A stretch of DNA of 57,321 nt from a virus (lineage: Duplodnaviria; Caudoviricetes): IMG/VR virus record IMGVR_UViG_3300038478_000018, positions 1 through 57,321 of that record; one strand, given 5' to 3'. Position numbers and translations under genes: made by a program. The notes under the pieces are model-generated. The model was not told where the DNA came from. It searched no databases and saw nothing but the letters and a program-made list of their open reading frames with translations. Of this stretch, positions 16,091 through 24,893 are shown one piece after another (position 1 is the first letter of the stretch; each line of letters starts with the position of its first letter).

Positions 16091-18657
16091 ACTAAATCTC
16101 CGTTAATTGGTTTCAATACCCAGCGAGCGCCAGCCCGCGCGTCGCGTCCGCCGCGAATAAGCTTATACCCGCCGCCAATCTTATCCCTACAATTTCTAAG
16201 CCAGTAGCCCAGCTTCGCCGGGTTCAGGGGGTCCTGGCAGCCGGCGGCTATCAGCAGTTGGCTTAAGTTGCCGTCCGTATCAGTAAATCCGCCGCATAGA
16301 TCGCGTAGCGACAGAGCGTAGAACTCGCGCCCAGCGAAATGAGCGCCCAGCGCTTTGAACGCCTCGCCAACAGCATCAGCCTCGTCATCCGTTTCCTCTA
16401 TTTGCGTCTCTACCGGATCGGGCATGCCTAGCCAGATGAGCGGTTCGCGCACAAAATACGACCAATCCTCAAATGCGGGCAGCGGCACAGGCATGGCATC
16501 GCTTGCGGCGTTTCGCTGCCACCCCACGATAACCGTCAGCGCCGCCATCAGCAGCCTAACTCTATGCGTTCGTGCATAGGCGCGCAGGTCCGGGATCTTG
16601 AATCGGCGCTGCTTACGCTCTACGCTATTGGCGTCTAGCCTTATGACTATGGAGCGGCGGGCCAAGTCCCCGACGGGCGTTATATTATTACCCGTCCCTG
16701 AAACGACCGCGCGGTTGGGAAGCTTGATCAACTCACTCCCGCCTAGCTTCCGATCCCCATATCTTGGGCTGGTAAGAAATAAGCACAACTCCGCCAGTCT
16801 CACCTTACAGCCCGAGGGTATGTTATCGAAGAGGATGGATCTATCCCCTATCATCAGGGAGGCAAATAGCGTCTTACGGATCTCTTCCGAATTGGAAACC
16901 CACGGCCGCGTCGCGGGCTGCACGCCGTGAATGATGATGCTTGGCATCTCGGAGAGCAAGGATTTGCCCGTCCCGGGGTCCGGTGCCGTGTAGAAGAACA
17001 TGGGCGATGTGCGTAGCGCCGAGCGCGCGGCTTCGGTTAGTATGTGCGCGGCAAATGCCGACTCGGCAGACGCGGATGCGTAGGGGATCTCGCGAAAAGG
17101 CGCAAGTAGCGTGGTCAACGCCTCTAGCGCTGTGTCGCGAGTTATGGCATCCGGTAGCTTAGGGAAATCCGCGTTCTTCATCAAAAAGACGCTGCTCGCC
17201 GTATCATATCCTTCATCCTCGCATACCGAGCCGTCCAAGCGCACGAAGGGCGCGCGTGCAATAGCCTCTATTTCACGCACGCGCGGCCAATCGCCCATTG
17301 ATATGATCGACATAGCTACGTCCAACGGGCAGTCGGCGGGGCGCCAGCTTTTCGTGCGGCCGTCGTACTTCACAAAATCCGCTATATCACCCAACGTCAC
17401 GCGCACGTAGGCAGGCGATATGCGCAAGATAGATCGATAATCGCCCCTGCGTACCGTGCCGTCTATCTCTTCGTCCGGCCGCCCGATGCGCACGAGCGAT
17501 GAGCCTTGCTTGTAGGCAACCGGCGCGAGGATGCCCGTAGCTTGCTCGACGATGTTGTGGAGCTGCCCTTCGCTGAGACGGACTTGCGGTTTTTCCGGGG
17601 GCGGGGCTTGCTCGATATCCAAGGGGTCCTTGGTATAAGCGCCACGGCCATCGCTCTTTGAGTCGCCTCCAGTCCACACAACCGGATCAAAAGCGGACGT
17701 AGGAGCTGCAGCACCGTATCCGAGGCGTCGGGCGAGCGTGAATATGTGTCGGTAATCAGTTCTAGGAGCCTGATCAGCGTGCGCAGCCCACCAGTCTTCG
17801 GGGGCGTTAACGGCATAGCTTTTGACATCTTTACTCCACTCGCAAAATAGATCCTTACCTTGGGGTCCTAATGATAGCAGCGCGTAGCCCACCTCAGACC
17901 ATGCATCGTTATCCGCGCAGCGTTCGCGCAGCTTCGGCCACCAGAGCGCGTCCATTAAAGCAGCGGCGCCCTCCTCGCTGATGCTCATAGGGGGGGTTTC
18001 TTGCGGTTGATCGCTAGGTATGGGTTGTAGCTTCATGGGTTCTTCAACGCCGAACGTGCTTTGCAAGCCGCTCCACATGAGTTCAAACTCTTCTCGCGAA
18101 TAAACTTTCACGGTTACGGGGAGCTTCGGTTGCCACTCGTACCTAGCGCCTGACGGATGCGCGCCAATCAGCAGCGCCTGCTGCCCGTCGCCAAGAAACT
18201 CAATGCGCCCGTGCGCTGTTTTGATGATGCGCTTATCGATCGCAGGGTTGCCCTCAATTTGAACCAGCACTAGGTATTTAGGCGAGTTGGCGCGCGTGCG
18301 ACGCGACCCCGCAATCCCAGTTTGTATGAGCCGCGCCTGCTGCTCATCCTCCACATCTACGTCAACTGCATATACGCCGCTGATGCTGCCGGTCCTTACG
18401 CATATGCCTAATCGCGGATCTTGCCGCCACAGCGCCACTTCGTTATCCAGAATAGGCCGCGTAGCCCAATCTTTGAGTCCGTGCGCCTGCCCCTGTGCGT
18501 TATATGCACTAGGGACTTTGCCGAACTTTTTGATTTTGCTGTTGTGCGCAACTACGGGGCTAGGCTCGCACACTACGGGCAATAGATTACCGTGCAAGCC
18601 CAGCACTTCGCTAAACCAACCCCACTCAGCAGGCGTCGCACCCTTATTCTCCGCCAT
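16087..18657 (-). CDS. Primase-polymerase / PriCT-2 / P-loop helicase fusion
   Basis: GICVRTG...VDVDVED...GAHPSGARYEW prim-pol; WSEVGYAL PriCT; PGTGKS Walker A, LFDN. Confidence 0.87.
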   Translation of the reverse strand: MAENKGATPAEWGWFSEVLGLHGNLLPVVCEPSPVVAHNSKIKKFGKVPSAYNAQGQAHGLKDWATRPILDNEVALWRQDPRLGICVRTGSISGVYAVDVDVEDEQQARLIQTGIAGSRRTRANSPKYLVLVQIEGNPAIDKRIIKTAHGRIEFLGDGQQALLIGAHPSGARYEWQPKLPVTVKVYSREEFELMWSGLQSTFGVEEPMKLQPIPSDQPQETPPMSISEEGAAALMDALWWPKLRERCADNDAWSEVGYALLSLGPQGKDLFCEWSKDVKSYAVNAPEDWWAAHADQAPRTDYRHIFTLARRLGYGAAAPTSAFDPVVWTGGDSKSDGRGAYTKDPLDIEQAPPPEKPQVRLSEGQLHNIVEQATGILAPVAYKQGSSLVRIGRPDEEIDGTVRRGDYRSILRISPAYVRVTLGDIADFVKYDGRTKSWRPADCPLDVAMSIISMGDWPRVREIEAIARAPFVRLDGSVCEDEGYDTASSVFLMKNADFPKLPDAITRDTALEALTTLLAPFREIPYASASAESAFAAHILTEAARSALRTSPMFFYTAPDPGTGKSLLSEMPSIIIHGVQPATRPWVSNSEEIRKTLFASLMIGDRSILFDNIPSGCKVRLAELCLFLTSPRYGDRKLGGSELIKLPNRAVVSGTGNNITPVGDLARRSIVIRLDANSVERKQRRFKIPDLRAYARTHRVRLLMAALTVIVGWQRNAASDAMPVPLPAFEDWSYFVREPLIWLGMPDPVETQIEETDDEADAVGEAFKALGAHFAGREFYALSLRDLCGGFTDTDGNLSQLLIAAGCQDPLNPAKLGYWLRNCRDKIGGGYKLIRGGRDARAGARWVLKPINGDLV

Positions 18658-18755
18658 CTGTCTCTACCGTATGCTCATAGCCGTCGTAATCTGCGGGCAC
18701 TTCCGGGAAGCGCCAATCTAGAGGCGGGGTCATTTCTTCTGGGTCCTGCATTTAG

Positions 18756-19277
18756 CTATTTATACCGAGCTTCCAAAAGATCGGCATACTCGCGCGCCTC
18801 GGCTGCAGAGATGGCCACACCGTAAGAGCACCAGCCGTGGCTTTGTATGGCCTTAGCGCGTAGAATAGCGATCACGGTCTCATCGCGCTGTGCTCCACCC
18901 CCACTAGACAACGGTACCCAAGTACCCTTACAACTTTCCCGCCTACCATGTACTGTACCATGGACTGCGCACGTACCTAGCCTATCATCTTCCGGGTGCG
19001 CAAACGCTTGCGCCCCCGGCGCGTCAACTTCATACTTCTCGCGCTCGCTTATCACACATATCGTGGCGGGGGTGGTATAAAGCCGCGCGAATATGCCGAA
19101 CATACCCAGCTCCGGCACAACTGTCACTTCGTCGGGTAAGTCCGCGGCCTCAAACACTAGTTGCATGTGGTTCTTGGGGCTTGTAAGCAACACTCGAATG
19201 GTGCGAGCGAACTTAGGCTTGCGCCAAGTACCTACCTTGGTGAAAGTTTCCGCAGTCACGGTATAACCCCTCCCCAA
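18756..19277 (-). CDS. Hypothetical protein
   Basis: ORF in leftward operon; start may be GTG 19259. Confidence 0.55.
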   Translation of the reverse strand: MGRGYTVTAETFTKVGTWRKPKFARTIRVLLTSPKNHMQLVFEAADLPDEVTVVPELGMFGIFARLYTTPATICVISEREKYEVDAPGAQAFAHPEDDRLGTCAVHGTVHGRRESCKGTWVPLSSGGGAQRDETVIAILRAKAIQSHGWCSYGVAISAAEAREYADLLEARYK

Positions 19278-19543
19278 AGCAAACTGTTGCCGGCATCGGC
19301 TGCCTGCGGCGCAGGCGAGCTGCCCGGCTGATCCTTAGGCGGCCCCGCTATTTCCCGCCACCGCACGCCTCGCTCCACGTGCGTTACGTAGCGCGTCTCG
19401 CCGGGCCCTAGGATGCAAAGTCCAACCCACGTATCGTCGATGCTCGTGCCTTGATAGTGAAGCTTATTGACGATTGCGGGCAGCGGTTCATCGTGGGGTT
19501 GATAGCGGTACTCAACGATCATGCCGATATACGGTGTAGTCAT
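19256..19543 (-). CDS. Small beta-rich (SH3-like) phage protein
   Basis: PYIGMIVEY...PAIV motif; GGAGG SD. Confidence 0.65.
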   Translation of the reverse strand: MTTPYIGMIVEYRYQPHDEPLPAIVNKLHYQGTSIDDTWVGLCILGPGETRYVTHVERGVRWREIAGPPKDQPGSSPAPQAADAGNSLLWGGVIP

Positions 19544-19546
19544 AGA

Positions 19547-20398
19547 CTATGCCTCCGTCAAATGCAAGAAGGCCGTGCCTGGTGCCTTCATTTCAATCAG
19601 TATCTGCACTACGTCCTCACCAAACTCTGCGAGGATCGAATCTCGCTTTTCGGCGGCGTTGGCGGCGTAGGCGGCGGCGTTGGCGGCGTAGGCGGCGGCG
19701 TTGGCGGCGGCGTGGGCGGCGTAGGCGTCGTCGGCGGCGTAGGCGTCGTGGGCGGCGGCGTGGGCGGCGTAGGCGTCGTCGGCGGCGGCGTAGGCGGCGT
19801 GGGCGGCGTAGGCGTCGTCGGCGGCGGCGTGGGCGTCGTCGGCGGCGGCGTGGGCGGCGGCGTGGGCGGCGGCGTGGGCGGCGTAGGCGTCGTTGGCGGC
19901 GGCGTAGGCGGCGTAGGCGTCGTCGGCGGCGGCGTAGGCGGCGGTTTTTGCCTTATTAGCGCTTTCTATCGACGGGTCTGAGGAGCAAAGCGTAGCCGCT
20001 TCAATCAGTGCGATCCTATGCGCACCTTTAGCTTTAGTGGCCGCCGCGTTCAATGCAATTGGCGCATATTTTTGAATAGCCAGTGTAGAGCATTTGATGG
20101 CGAACTCTTTGTCATCCAACACGCCTGCGCTGCCCAGCTGCGCGATCGCCAGCCTGCGTAGTCCTTTCGTGCGCGCTTCATCAGATGACCATTCGGAGTC
20201 GTTGAGCCTAATCTTCAAGGCTCGCAGCGCGGGAGATACGCATGTGGGCTGGTCCGAATGCGGCAGGCCCATCGCATAGCATACAGCCGCCTCAACGCAC
20301 ATCTGTCCTGGCACGGGTTGTCCCATGCCGGCAACCAAGCCCGCGTCCACGACGGTCAACACCTTTTTAGCAAGCTCTAAGTCAATTGCGGCGGTCAT
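19547..20398 (-). CDS. Phage protein with Ala-rich low-complexity repeat
   Basis: MCVEAAV...HSDQPTCV...LND motif followed by a (AA[YDHN])n tract. Confidence 0.8.
   Translation of the reverse strand: MTAAIDLELAKKVLTVVDAGLVAGMGQPVPGQMCVEAAVCYAMGLPHSDQPTCVSPALRALKIRLNDSEWSSDEARTKGLRRLAIAQLGSAGVLDDKEFAIKCSTLAIQKYAPIALNAAATKAKGAHRIALIEAATLCSSDPSIESANKAKTAAYAAADDAYAAYAAANDAYAAHAAAHAAAHAAADDAHAAADDAYAAHAAYAAADDAYAAHAAAHDAYAADDAYAAHAAANAAAYAANAAAYAANAAEKRDSILAEFGEDVVQILIEMKAPGTAFLHLTEA
19651..19944 (-). repeat. GCC/NAC codon repeat tract
   Basis: Almost only GCC, TAC, GAC, CAC and AAC codons. Confidence 0.85.
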
Positions 20399-20562
20399 AT
20401 CAGGTCCTCATTGGCAGTTGGTTCACGTTCATCGACGAGCGTATATGTTTTTACTCTGTCGCGCGAGCTAAATAGTTCGCGTCTGTGATCTATGCACAGT
20501 TTGGTGTGGCTGTGTCCTTGCGTTTCGGTGCGGATGCAGCCGCAGGGTTCCTGCACGATCAT
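20395..20562 (-). CDS. 55-aa Cys/His-rich protein
   Basis: Hand translation MIVQEPCGC...HSHTKLCIDH...NEDLI; ATGA coupling. Confidence 0.5.
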   Translation of the reverse strand: MIVQEPCGCIRTETQGHSHTKLCIDHRRELFSSRDRVKTYTLVDEREPTANEDLI

Positions 20563-20638
20563 CCGGCTATCCAGGCGACTACCGCTACGTATACAATGAT
20601 AAGCCAGCTGATCGTGCCTAAGATTACTTCGGGGCGTC

Positions 20639-20839
20639 TCATGTCGGCTCCTTGCCTTCCGTGATGGGTTTTAGCTCGGTCAGGCCGAACATTATCGACT
20701 CCGCCTCGCGCAGGCGCGCCCGCTTCCATACACCGGGCATGCGTTGGGTGCGCTCCAGAGCTTCGCGTACGTCGCGCTGGTGCGCGGTTTCGTATTCATT
20801 TAGCGCCCTACGCGGCCGCGGACCCTTAGGCTTATCCAT
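20639..20839 (-). CDS. First early protein, hypothetical
   Basis: GAGGT SD just downstream of a promoter. Confidence 0.65.
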   Translation of the reverse strand: MDKPKGPRPRRALNEYETAHQRDVREALERTQRMPGVWKRARLREAESIMFGLTELKPITEGKEPT

Positions 20840-20860
20840 ACCTCGCCTCGCTGTAATTGA

Positions 20861-20900
20861 CCTATATTCTTAAAATACGCGTGCCCAGGGCAGATGTCAA
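20861..20900 (-). promoter_or_regulatory. Major leftward sigma70-like promoter
   Basis: TTGACA-17-TATTTT; shares 20 bp with 8706-8725. Confidence 0.75.
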
Positions 20901-20951
20901 CCATCGGGTGCTAGCGTCGGGAAATAGGTGTTGTCCACCTAGCGGTTGAAA

Positions 20952-21070
20952 AATGATGATACATTGATACATAATGATACATAGGCGCAACCCCGCGTAT
21001 GAAACTGGCAATGACATCTACTATACTAAACTCTCAGGGGATGTCTCATCATCACTCATGTATCATCATT
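20952..21070. repeat. TGATACAT x3 plus 13-bp inverted repeat (candidate origin)
   Basis: AATGATGATACAT 20952-20964 and ATGTATCATCATT 21058-21070. Confidence 0.7.
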
Positions 21071-21142
21071 ACGCTCGCTTGACCCTCTTGCGTGATGTTC
21101 GGGGCTCTTTGAAGCCGTTCATCGTGCTCTGTGCCCTTGAAG

Positions 21143-21592
21143 TGTGATGCAGTTCACACGTTGTAAGAAAGTGTGATGTAGTTCACACTTAGCGTGTCCT
21201 GTGTCCTCAAAGTGTGATGTAGTTCACACTTAGCGTGTCCTGTGTCCTCGGAGTTGGGCCGCCAAGCAGCAAAGTGTGACGTAGTTCACACTTTTTAGGG
21301 CCGTTGTCACTCGATTTTTCCTTACATAAGTCGCGCAATCCGCGCCCCCGGTTTGCTGATGGGCGGGTTCTGGGCGCTCGGCTCTGGGACCTGGGCTCTG
21401 CTGCGCTGCACCCCGGACATAATCACGCAGGAGTATGTCAAAACCCCCAAGGCAACGCCTGGATTGTGATGGGCCCTCGATCGTCGCGCCGCGGCCAGGA
21501 TCGGTAACAAGAAAGTGAGAACCAGATCACACTTCTAGTGTGAACTGCGTCACAGATATGAAATAAATATTCGATTTGTGACGCAGATCACA
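21143..21592. promoter_or_regulatory. Seven CRP-family boxes TGTGA-N6-TCACA
   Basis: Cores start at 21143, 21172, 21213, 21275, 21516 (TGAGA), 21539, 21577. Confidence 0.85.
21168..21249. repeat. Perfect 41-bp tandem duplication containing a CRP-like box
   Basis: 21168-21208 = 21209-21249. Confidence 0.92.
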
Positions 21593-21643
21593 CTTTTAAA
21601 TCTCAATTCCCGCGTTTACTATACTGGAGAGGCGTGATCGCCC

Positions 21644-22009
21644 GTGCGTACCCCAGCTAGTAGGACCAATCATCATGAACCGAATACCTCACGACTGGGA
21701 CCCGCGCGATCACGGCTCGCCCTCGCGGCCATGAACGACTTGGGCGAGGTGGCGGCCGCGGTCGATAACTCCAAGGTCCCAACCCCCAGGACCGTCCTCC
21801 TGCCTTTGGGTGGCGAGGCCCGGATGTACAGCCGCGAGCACGTGACCGTCTGCTACCGCTGCTCACACGGCGAACTAGGTCGCTTGCTTGCTAGACATCA
21901 AGCGCCCTTGCCCGTGCGAATTGATGGATTTATTTGCTGGTACGTCGACGAAGTGCTGAACGCCATGCCCCAGGTCATCAGAACCCTCGAGCGGTGGAGG
22001 AAGCGTTGA
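21644..22009 (+). CDS. AlpA/excisionase-like winged-helix protein
   Basis: APLPVRIDGFICWYVDEVLN resembles the AlpA/Xis wing; start uncertain (21644, 21676 region or 21731). Confidence 0.55.
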   Translation: MRTPASRTNHHEPNTSRLGPARSRLALAAMNDLGEVAAAVDNSKVPTPRTVLLPLGGEARMYSREHVTVCYRCSHGELGRLLARHQAPLPVRIDGFICWYVDEVLNAMPQVIRTLERWRKR

Positions 22010-22147
22010 CCCCCTCTAAAACCGAATACGAAGCCCACCACGAGGCGCTCGTCGCCTACCTTCACGAGAAGGTCAAGATAAGCGATTGGCACGGCGTGGC
22101 GGACGCTGCTTGCGATTTACGCGTCCTAGAGGCGCAAGGATACACCG

Positions 22148-22345
22148 ATGTCGAACGAAAACCTTAACACCCCCGCCCCCCTGGCGAATAACCTATCGAC
22201 CTGCCAGGTATCGACGAACGCCCTCGTGCATCCGAATATCAGCCTCCTGGCTCGAATCTCCAGCGGCAACATCTCGCTCTCGAGCGCGGCCAACGGCATC
22301 GGCACACTGACCCAGTCCCCGCCCTTGGGCTACGCGGGCGCTTAA
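22148..22345 (+). CDS. Small hypothetical protein
   Basis: AAGGA SD; paralog of next gene. Confidence 0.6.
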   Translation: MSNENLNTPAPLANNLSTCQVSTNALVHPNISLLARISSGNISLSSAANGIGTLTQSPPLGYAGA

Positions 22346-22566
22346 TGTCGAACCCTAACCCGATCCCCGGCATCCCGCCCAACATGAGCTTGCTGGCCGC
22401 ACTCTCCGCCGGCTTAATCTCCGCCAATACCCAGATCACGAATGCGGGCATCGGCGAGCCGAACCCGACCATCATGCGCAATCTCTCGAAGGCGCACCTG
22501 GCGGCGAATCTAGCCGAGAGCTCCCTGACTCTGGTGACCCCCAGCCCGATCTACGGCGGCACTTAG
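22345..22566 (+). CDS. Small hypothetical protein
   Basis: TAATG coupling; shares PNxSLLAxxSxGxIS with previous gene. Confidence 0.6.
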   Translation: MSNPNPIPGIPPNMSLLAALSAGLISANTQITNAGIGEPNPTIMRNLSKAHLAANLAESSLTLVTPSPIYGGT

Positions 22567-22567
22567 A

Positions 22568-22834
22568 ATGGACAAGCCAACGCCGACCGTCACTTACACT
22601 GACGCGGCTGAGGCTCCGGTCTTGGGCAAGTCTATCAGGGTTCAAGTGCTCGATCACCCGCGCTTTCTACCGGGGACTTGGGTGCACACATCGCCGATTA
22701 CGTTCGTGATAGGCGAGAAGTTTTTAACGAAGAACACGGCATATTTGCCCGGCCTGCGGGACGATGCGGATAATCTGAGGCGGCTCACACAGCTAGCTCA
22801 GCGACAACAGCAGCAGAGGAAAATAAGACAGTGA
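22568..22834 (+). CDS. Conserved small phage protein
   Basis: DHPR...VHTSPI...F.TKNT.Y motif. Confidence 0.7.
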   Translation: MDKPTPTVTYTDAAEAPVLGKSIRVQVLDHPRFLPGTWVHTSPITFVIGEKFLTKNTAYLPGLRDDADNLRRLTQLAQRQQQQRKIRQ

Positions 22835-23301
22835 CAACTTTAGGCGTCATGAGAGATGATTACTACAATTCGGTCGGTGTTCTAACCGCCGGACAATATA
22901 CCGCGACCACGCAGACGAGCGGCACGCTTGCAGCTTCTGCCATGGCAGGCGCGGCTCGCGTCTTTGTCGCGAGCTCGGCCGCTACGGCGCTGACAACCGA
23001 CACAGCCGCGAACATCGTGGCCTACTTGCAGAATGCGGTTTACACGCAGCTGATTGCAAGCGGTGCGGTGGGCGCGGGCGTGCAGGGCGGGGTTCCGGCC
23101 GGTGTGCCGAACTTGGTTAACTTAACCTACCTGCTCACGATCTTGAATAGCGACGGCAGCACCTTGACGCTGTCCGCAGGGACGGGCGTGACTATCACGG
23201 GTACGGCTACCATGGCAACCGCGACCTCGCGTACCTATCTGGTCACCGTGACCAGCTCTACGTCGGTCACATTGCAGAACGTCGGTTCGGGCACCAATTA
23301 A
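22831..23301 (+). CDS. Putative virion decoration protein
   Basis: Thr/Ala/Gly-rich, TLSAGTGVTITG beta-sandwich-type motif. Confidence 0.6.
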   Translation: MTTLGVMRDDYYNSVGVLTAGQYTATTQTSGTLAASAMAGAARVFVASSAATALTTDTAANIVAYLQNAVYTQLIASGAVGAGVQGGVPAGVPNLVNLTYLLTILNSDGSTLTLSAGTGVTITGTATMATATSRTYLVTVTSSTSVTLQNVGSGTN

Positions 23302-23322
23302 TTTAATTTCAGGAGATTCAAA

Positions 23323-23580
23323 ATGGCGAAGTCAAAGGTTCACACGAAAGAAGGCATGGACAAGGGAAGTGAGGAGTATGTGCGCGGACGCCGTGCCGGC
23401 GTTGAAGGCACGTATGGCGAGAAAGATGACGATGTGGCTGAGAAGACCATCGTGTCCGCTATCGGCAATGGCGATGGTGGCGGCGAGGACGGGCTTGCGG
23501 CTACGGCGCGCAGCATCTACCAGAAAGCGGTGAAGAACGAAGGCGACGATATAGGGGACCGAGCCCTCATCGAGCGTTGA
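23323..23580 (+). CDS. Hypothetical hydrophilic protein
   Basis: AGGAG SD. Confidence 0.65.
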   Translation: MAKSKVHTKEGMDKGSEEYVRGRRAGVEGTYGEKDDDVAEKTIVSAIGNGDGGGEDGLAATARSIYQKAVKNEGDDIGDRALIER

Positions 23581-23669
23581 ACGAGCATGGTGAGGCTCTC
23601 GTTACGTAAAGTAAGTGAACTGACGCCAGAACAGTTAGCTAAGCATCGCGCGCCCGTAATAGGCGCGCG

Positions 23670-24011
23670 ATGCTTAAGCAGTACGCTAAAATAAAGGCGG
23701 ACCCGATCGCGTATGAGAAACGGTTGGCCTATCAACGCTCTCGGCAAGAACGGCACCAAGCCCGCAGAAGGTTTAAATTAACCGGCAGTGAGTATAAGCC
23801 CGACATCTGTGAAGTTTGCGGGTTCAAAGATGACTATACCCACAGAAACATATGCCTGGACCATGACCATAAGACCGGCAAGTTTCGTGGATGGTTATGT
23901 AGCAGATGTAACCTAGCGGTAGGTTTAGCAAGGGACGACGAAGAGATCTTACTTAAGTTAGCGATGTACTTGGAGAAGCATAAACGTGCCCCTGATCAAG
24001 AGCGCCTCTAA
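23670..24011 (+). CDS. Endonuclease VII-type (His-Me finger) nuclease
   Basis: CEVC...DHDHKTGKFRGWLCSRCN; possible frameshifted N-terminus from 23587. Confidence 0.88.
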   Translation: MLKQYAKIKADPIAYEKRLAYQRSRQERHQARRRFKLTGSEYKPDICEVCGFKDDYTHRNICLDHDHKTGKFRGWLCSRCNLAVGLARDDEEILLKLAMYLEKHKRAPDQERL

Positions 24012-24210
24012 GGCGGCTCGTCAGAAAAACATCAAAGCCGAGATAGACGCAGACAAGCCTATAAAGCAAGCCGTGGCTATTGGCTACTCTGAGCAAAGAC
24101 AAGCGAGCCGTCGAAAAGGAGTTTCGCGAAATCGCGCCGAGCGCGCGCAGCGGAAAGAGGACACCAATCGGTGGACTCGCACTTCACACGCGAAGATGAG
24201 TGACTTTTAG
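23986..24210 (+). CDS. Small basic phage protein (MPL...KQAVAI family)
   Basis: Recurrent motif in genes preceding terminases. Confidence 0.7.
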   Translation: MPLIKSASKAARQKNIKAEIDADKPIKQAVAIGYSEQRQASRRKGVSRNRAERAQRKEDTNRWTRTSHAKMSDF

Positions 24211-24221
24211 GAAACACCATT

Positions 24222-24578
24222 ATGGCAAGCATGAGAGGCGGCCTAGTCGGCGACGCCGGGGCGAGAGGCCCGAAGAAACTATCGGGCGTGACGGAGTACA
24301 AGGATAAGCGCAGTAGGCGTAGGTCCTACGAAGCCGTAGACTCTACGCCCGAGGAGGATTCGGGCGGCGATGCCGAGGGGCATGCTGCCGCTAAAAGGTC
24401 CACGAAGGGCATGCGGGTTGGTCCCGGCTTGAAGGGTGCCGAAGTATTCGATGCCGTGGGCAATATGCGCAACGCCACCAAGAAATCGTTCAAGACGATC
24501 TATCCGAAGGATGACAACTCGGATGCGGGTTCGCATGTGGAAGAGTGGTGCCAAGGCAAACGAAAGAGTTATAAATAA
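24222..24578 (+). CDS. Hypothetical charged protein
   Basis: AGGA SD; fits the operon. Confidence 0.6.
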   Translation: MASMRGGLVGDAGARGPKKLSGVTEYKDKRSRRRSYEAVDSTPEEDSGGDAEGHAAAKRSTKGMRVGPGLKGAEVFDAVGNMRNATKKSFKTIYPKDDNSDAGSHVEEWCQGKRKSYK

Positions 24579-24893
24579 ATGGCAATAGATACCGTTTTTT
24601 GTCCGCTCGGCCCTACCACGTTAGTTGCTAACACGGCGGTCACTATCCAGAAATCGCAAGGTGCGGGTTCGTATAGCTACCGCGTGCGAAACCTCTCAAG
24701 CTCCCAGCAGTGGTTTACCTGGGGCGGCACTTCGAGTGTCGCATCGTTGACGCCGGCCGCCGGGGTGCCTGCGCCTAACACCATCGGCATGCTGCCGACG
24801 AGTGTCGAGACGTTTGAGATCACGGGTGCAACGGTTTACTTCATTGCATCGAGTTCGACGGGCTTTGAGTTTACCCCCGGACAGGGCGCATGA
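24579..24893 (+). CDS. Small virion structural protein
   Basis: YRVRN...GMLPTSVETF...TPGQGA beta-rich family. Confidence 0.65.
   Translation: MAIDTVFCPLGPTTLVANTAVTIQKSQGAGSYSYRVRNLSSSQQWFTWGGTSSVASLTPAAGVPAPNTIGMLPTSVETFEITGATVYFIASSSTGFEFTPGQGA

Noticed and set aside
13485-19944. Diversity-generating retroelement suggested by variable repeat codons
   Set aside because: No reverse transcriptase and no template/variable repeat pair
20484-20498. Extra CRP-like box TGTGA-N5-GCACA
   Set aside because: Wrong spacing plus a mismatch, inside a small ORF
21143-21290. CRISPR-like repeat-spacer pattern
   Set aside because: Repeats are ~22-bp CRP-type palindromes with irregular gaps, two of which are the same duplicated sequence; no cas operon (DUF2800 is a usual replication-module nuclease)
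21361-21395. G-quadruplex-like GGG runs
   Set aside because: One long loop and a GC-rich background; no supporting evidence
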